Source: Chitinophaga pinensis
Lineage (GTDB): Bacteria > Bacteroidota > Bacteroidia > Chitinophagales > Chitinophagaceae
Assembly (NCBI GenBank): GCA_945872815.1
Contig: CAMCAY010000002.1
Coordinates: 22,519 to 86,518 of the forward strand
DNA length: 64,000 bases
Reading direction: 5' to 3'
In this document: piece after piece, positions 61,035-64,000 of the stretch
How the letters are laid out: each line of letters starts with the position of its first letter
Position numbering within the stretch: the first letter of the stretch is position 1
Notes under the pieces: generated by a model
What the model was told of the DNA's origin: nothing
The model's database searches: none
Seen by the model: only the letters and a program-made list of their open reading frames with translations
Program-made: the position numbers and the translations under genes

Positions 61035-64000
61035 ATGTCAATCAAGTACAAAGAATACCAACAGCTGAACTTACCCAATATTGGTAAGGAAATGTTACAG
61101 AAGTGGGAATTGGAAGCATCTTTTGAAAAAAGTATTTCCTTAAGGGAAGGGCAAAAGCCCTTTGTGTTTTTTGAAGGACCTCCCAGTGCCAACGGCATGC
61201 CCGGTATTCATCACGTGATTTCAAGAACTTTGAAAGACATGGTCTGCCGATACAAGACCATGCAAGGTTTTCAGGTAAAAAGAAAAGGTGGTTGGGATAC
61301 GCATGGATTGCCCGTAGAATTGGGTGTAGAAAAGCAATTGGGCATTACCAAAGAAGATATCGGTAAAAAAATATCTATTGAAGATTACAATAAGAAGTGT
61401 CGCGAAGTTGTGATGCAATTCAAAGATAAATGGGACGACATCACCCAAAAAATGGGTTATTGGGTTGACTTAAAAGAGCCCTACGTGACATTTGAAAACA
61501 ACTATATTGAATCGTTGTGGTGGTGTTTGAGCGAGTTGTTTAAAAAAGGCTACCTCTATGAAAGTGTCAGCATTCAACCCTACTCTCCTGCTGCGGGTAC
61601 CGGTTTATCTTCTCACGAACTGAACCAACCCGGAACATACAAAGATGTAAAAGATACCAGTGCAGTGGTGATGTTTAAAGTGAAAAATGAAACGCTGAAT
61701 TCATCGTTAGTTCAATTGCTGGGTGAGTATGCGCAACAAGAATTCTTCTTAATGGCATGGACTACCACTCCATGGACATTGCCCTCCAATCTGGGTCTTA
61801 CCGTTGGGCCAAACATAGACTATGTATTAATTGAAACTTTCAATCCTTATACATTTTTACCTGTAAAAGTAGTTTTGGCGAAAGCCTTAATTGGTAAGTA
61901 TTTCAAAGCCGATGCAGAAAATTTACCGTTTGAAGATTTCAAAGAAGGTGATAAAATAATTCCCTGGAAGATTTTGGCGAGTTTTACCGGTGCAGCATTA
62001 GAGGGCATTCAATACGAACAATTGCTTCCCTTTGAAGCCAACACTGTTGAAAAAATTCTTGAAGAAACCCCTGGCGCAGAACCCTTTAAAGTAATCACTG
62101 GAGATTTCGTTACCACAGAGGACGGAACCGGTATAGTGCACACTGCGCCTGCGTTTGGAGCTGATGATTACAAAGTAGGAAAGAAAAACAACATCGGTAT
62201 TTTAACATTGGTAGATAAACAAGGAAAGTTTGTGGAAGGTGTTGGAGAATTCAGCAATCGTTATGTAAAAAATTATAAAGACGAAGCTGATTACGTTGAT
62301 GTGAATGTGGACATTTCAGTAAAACTGAAAAAAGAAAATCGTGCCTTCAAAGTAGAAAAATACGAACACAATTATCCGCATTGCTGGAGAACTGATAAGC
62401 CCATCATTTATTATCCACTCGATGCATGGTTTATTAAAACAACTGCCGTAAAAGACAGAATGGTGGAATTGAATAAAACCATTCAATGGAAACCTGCGAG
62501 CACAGGCACGGGAAGATTTGGCAACTGGTTGGAAAACATGGTAGACTGGAACCTCAGCCGCAGTCGCTATTGGGGAACTCCTTTACCCATCTGGAGAACA
62601 GAAGACGGAGCAGAACAAAAATGTATCGGTTCTGTAGCAGAGTTACGAAACGAATTGAAAAAATCATACGAAGCAGGTTGTTGGCAATCCAACGAAAAAA
62701 CTGCTGAAGAATATATCCAACACATCAGCTCCGATTTGCACAAACCTTTTGTAGATGACATCATCTTAGTGAGTGATTCTGGAAAGCCCATGCGTCGGGT
62801 TCCCGATTTGATAGATGTTTGGTTCGACAGTGGTGCGATGCCTTATGCACAATGGCATTTCCCATTTGAAAACAAAGAAACTTTTCAAAATAATTTCCCT
62901 GCCGATTTTATTGCAGAAGGCGTAGATCAAACTCGCGGATGGTTTTATACTTTACATGCATTGGCAGTATTGTTGTTTGACAGCGTAGCTTATAAAACAG
63001 TTGTGAGCAATGGTTTGGTTTTAGACAAAGCCGGCAACAAGATGAGCAAACGCCTGGGCAATGTGGTAGATCCTTTTGAAACCATTGATAAATATGGTGC
63101 AGATGCCACCCGTTGGTATTTAATCACCAATGCATCTCCCTGGGACAGTTTGAAATTTGATGAAGAAGGAATCAAAGAAGTACAAAGAAAATTCTTCGGT
63201 ACATTATACAATACATATCAGTTCTTCGCTTTGTATGCTAATGTAGATGGATTCAATTATACAGAAAATAAAATCCCATTAAAAGATCGTCCGGAAATAG
63301 ATCAGTGGATCATTTCATCATTGAATACGCTGATAAAAAATGTAGTGGAAAATTTTGATGCATATGAACCCACTCAAGCCGGACGTGCAATTGAAGAGTT
63401 TGTAGACTCGCAATTAAGCAATTGGTATGTAAGATTGTGCCGCAGGCGTTTTTGGAAAGGAGAATACGAACACGATAAAAAATGTGCATACCAAACATTG
63501 TATGAGTGCTTGGAAACATTGAGTCAGCTTATTGGACCAATCGCTCCATTCTTTGGAGAATGGTTGTTCAATAATTTGAATGCGGTAACCAACAGATTTG
63601 AAAACAACTCTGTTCATCATACATTATTTCCTATTGCGGATGCTTCTGCCATACATCCAGATCTGGAAAAAAGAATGCAATTGGCACAGGACACTTCTTC
63701 ATTGATTTTATCCATCAGAAAGAAAGTAAATATTAAGGTAAGGCAACCATTACAAAAAGTTTTTATTCCTGCCCTTGATAAGGAGATGATAAAAAATATC
63801 CAATTAATAGAAGATATTATTAAATCAGAAACCAATATCAAGGAAATAGAAATTTTAGATGCCAATAATGATTTTATTAGAAAAAAAGCTAAAGCCAATT
63901 TCAAAACATTGGGTAAAAAATTAGGAGCAAAAATGAAATGGGCTGCTTCCGAAATAGAGAAATTTGATAATATTTTGATAGAAAAAGTTCAAAATGGAGA
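61035..64000 (+). CDS. ileS: Isoleucine-tRNA ligase, type 2 (runs off window end)
   Basis: Manual translation: FEGPPSANGMPGIHH (HIGH), GWDTHGLPVE, AWTTTPWTLPSN, GTGIVHTAPAFG, DWNLSRSRYWGTP, KMSKRLGN (63039 onward). Frame is the same at the checked start, middle and end; absent from the track because there is no stop. Confidence 0.97.
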   Translation, partial: MSIKYKEYQQLNLPNIGKEMLQKWELEASFEKSISLREGQKPFVFFEGPPSANGMPGIHHVISRTLKDMVCRYKTMQGFQVKRKGGWDTHGLPVELGVEKQLGITKEDIGKKISIEDYNKKCREVVMQFKDKWDDITQKMGYWVDLKEPYVTFENNYIESLWWCLSELFKKGYLYESVSIQPYSPAAGTGLSSHELNQPGTYKDVKDTSAVVMFKVKNETLNSSLVQLLGEYAQQEFFLMAWTTTPWTLPSNLGLTVGPNIDYVLIETFNPYTFLPVKVVLAKALIGKYFKADAENLPFEDFKEGDKIIPWKILASFTGAALEGIQYEQLLPFEANTVEKILEETPGAEPFKVITGDFVTTEDGTGIVHTAPAFGADDYKVGKKNNIGILTLVDKQGKFVEGVGEFSNRYVKNYKDEADYVDVNVDISVKLKKENRAFKVEKYEHNYPHCWRTDKPIIYYPLDAWFIKTTAVKDRMVELNKTIQWKPASTGTGRFGNWLENMVDWNLSRSRYWGTPLPIWRTEDGAEQKCIGSVAELRNELKKSYEAGCWQSNEKTAEEYIQHISSDLHKPFVDDIILVSDSGKPMRRVPDLIDVWFDSGAMPYAQWHFPFENKETFQNNFPADFIAEGVDQTRGWFYTLHALAVLLFDSVAYKTVVSNGLVLDKAGNKMSKRLGNVVDPFETIDKYGADATRWYLITNASPWDSLKFDEEGIKEVQRKFFGTLYNTYQFFALYANVDGFNYTENKIPLKDRPEIDQWIISSLNTLIKNVVENFDAYEPTQAGRAIEEFVDSQLSNWYVRLCRRRFWKGEYEHDKKCAYQTLYECLETLSQLIGPIAPFFGEWLFNNLNAVTNRFENNSVHHTLFPIADASAIHPDLEKRMQLAQDTSSLILSIRKKVNIKVRQPLQKVFIPALDKEMIKNIQLIEDIIKSETNIKEIEILDANNDFIRKKAKANFKTLGKKLGAKMKWAASEIEKFDNILIEKVQNG

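Noticed and set aside
61004-63904. Short tracked ORFs within 61.0-63.9 kb, including 63617-63904 (-)
   Set aside because: All lie antisense or out of frame inside the ileS reading frame, which the track missed because it lacks a stop in the window.
61035-64000. Type-2 IleRS as an acquired mupirocin-resistance gene
   Set aside because: Type-2 IleRS, like alpha2 GlyRS, is the normal housekeeping form in Bacteroidota.

Overview
A 64-kb AT-rich chromosomal segment of a Bacteroidota bacterium. A Chitinophagaceae/Sphingobacteriales-like origin is inferred from the gldB and gldKLMN gliding/T9SS genes, type-B T9SS cargo, TAnnTTTG promoters, alpha2-type GlyRS and type-2 IleRS. Most of it is core housekeeping: uvrC (partial), gpmI, nadC, nadE, rsgA, iscSUA, gldKLMN, hemD, hemW, gpsA, rnc-fabF-acpP, dtd, class II RNR nrdJ, glyS, mfd, gyrB and ileS (partial). 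I found no rRNA, tRNA, CRISPR array, prophage or reverse transcriptase. The most unusual signal is non-coding. A nonsense-inactivated Y1/HUH (IS200/RAYT-type) transposase at 40.8-41.2 kb is bracketed by CCCAC-NN-TTTAAA-NN-GTGGG palindromes. The same palindrome family, with compensatory base changes, recurs 17-20 kb away inside two ~170-bp, ~88%-identical direct repeats. These repeats bracket exactly one accessory gene, a LamG + collagen-like + FISUMP mosaic, between an AraC gene and ileS. Each repeat is a composite of three TAG-footed hairpins and a period-7 A-rich tract, and an inverted partial copy forms a REPIN-like long hairpin. The arrangement looks like a REP-bounded, single-gene cassette. 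Other points of interest are an Omp85 with a dead-gluzincin and beta-propeller N-terminus, a second orphan Omp85, a five-Cys AraC sensor, tandem lectin-headed T9SS substrates with no adjacent porP/sprF, and DnaA-box-like sites upstream of nrdJ and gyrB. All calls come from reading the sequence and recalling family motifs; no database search was run.
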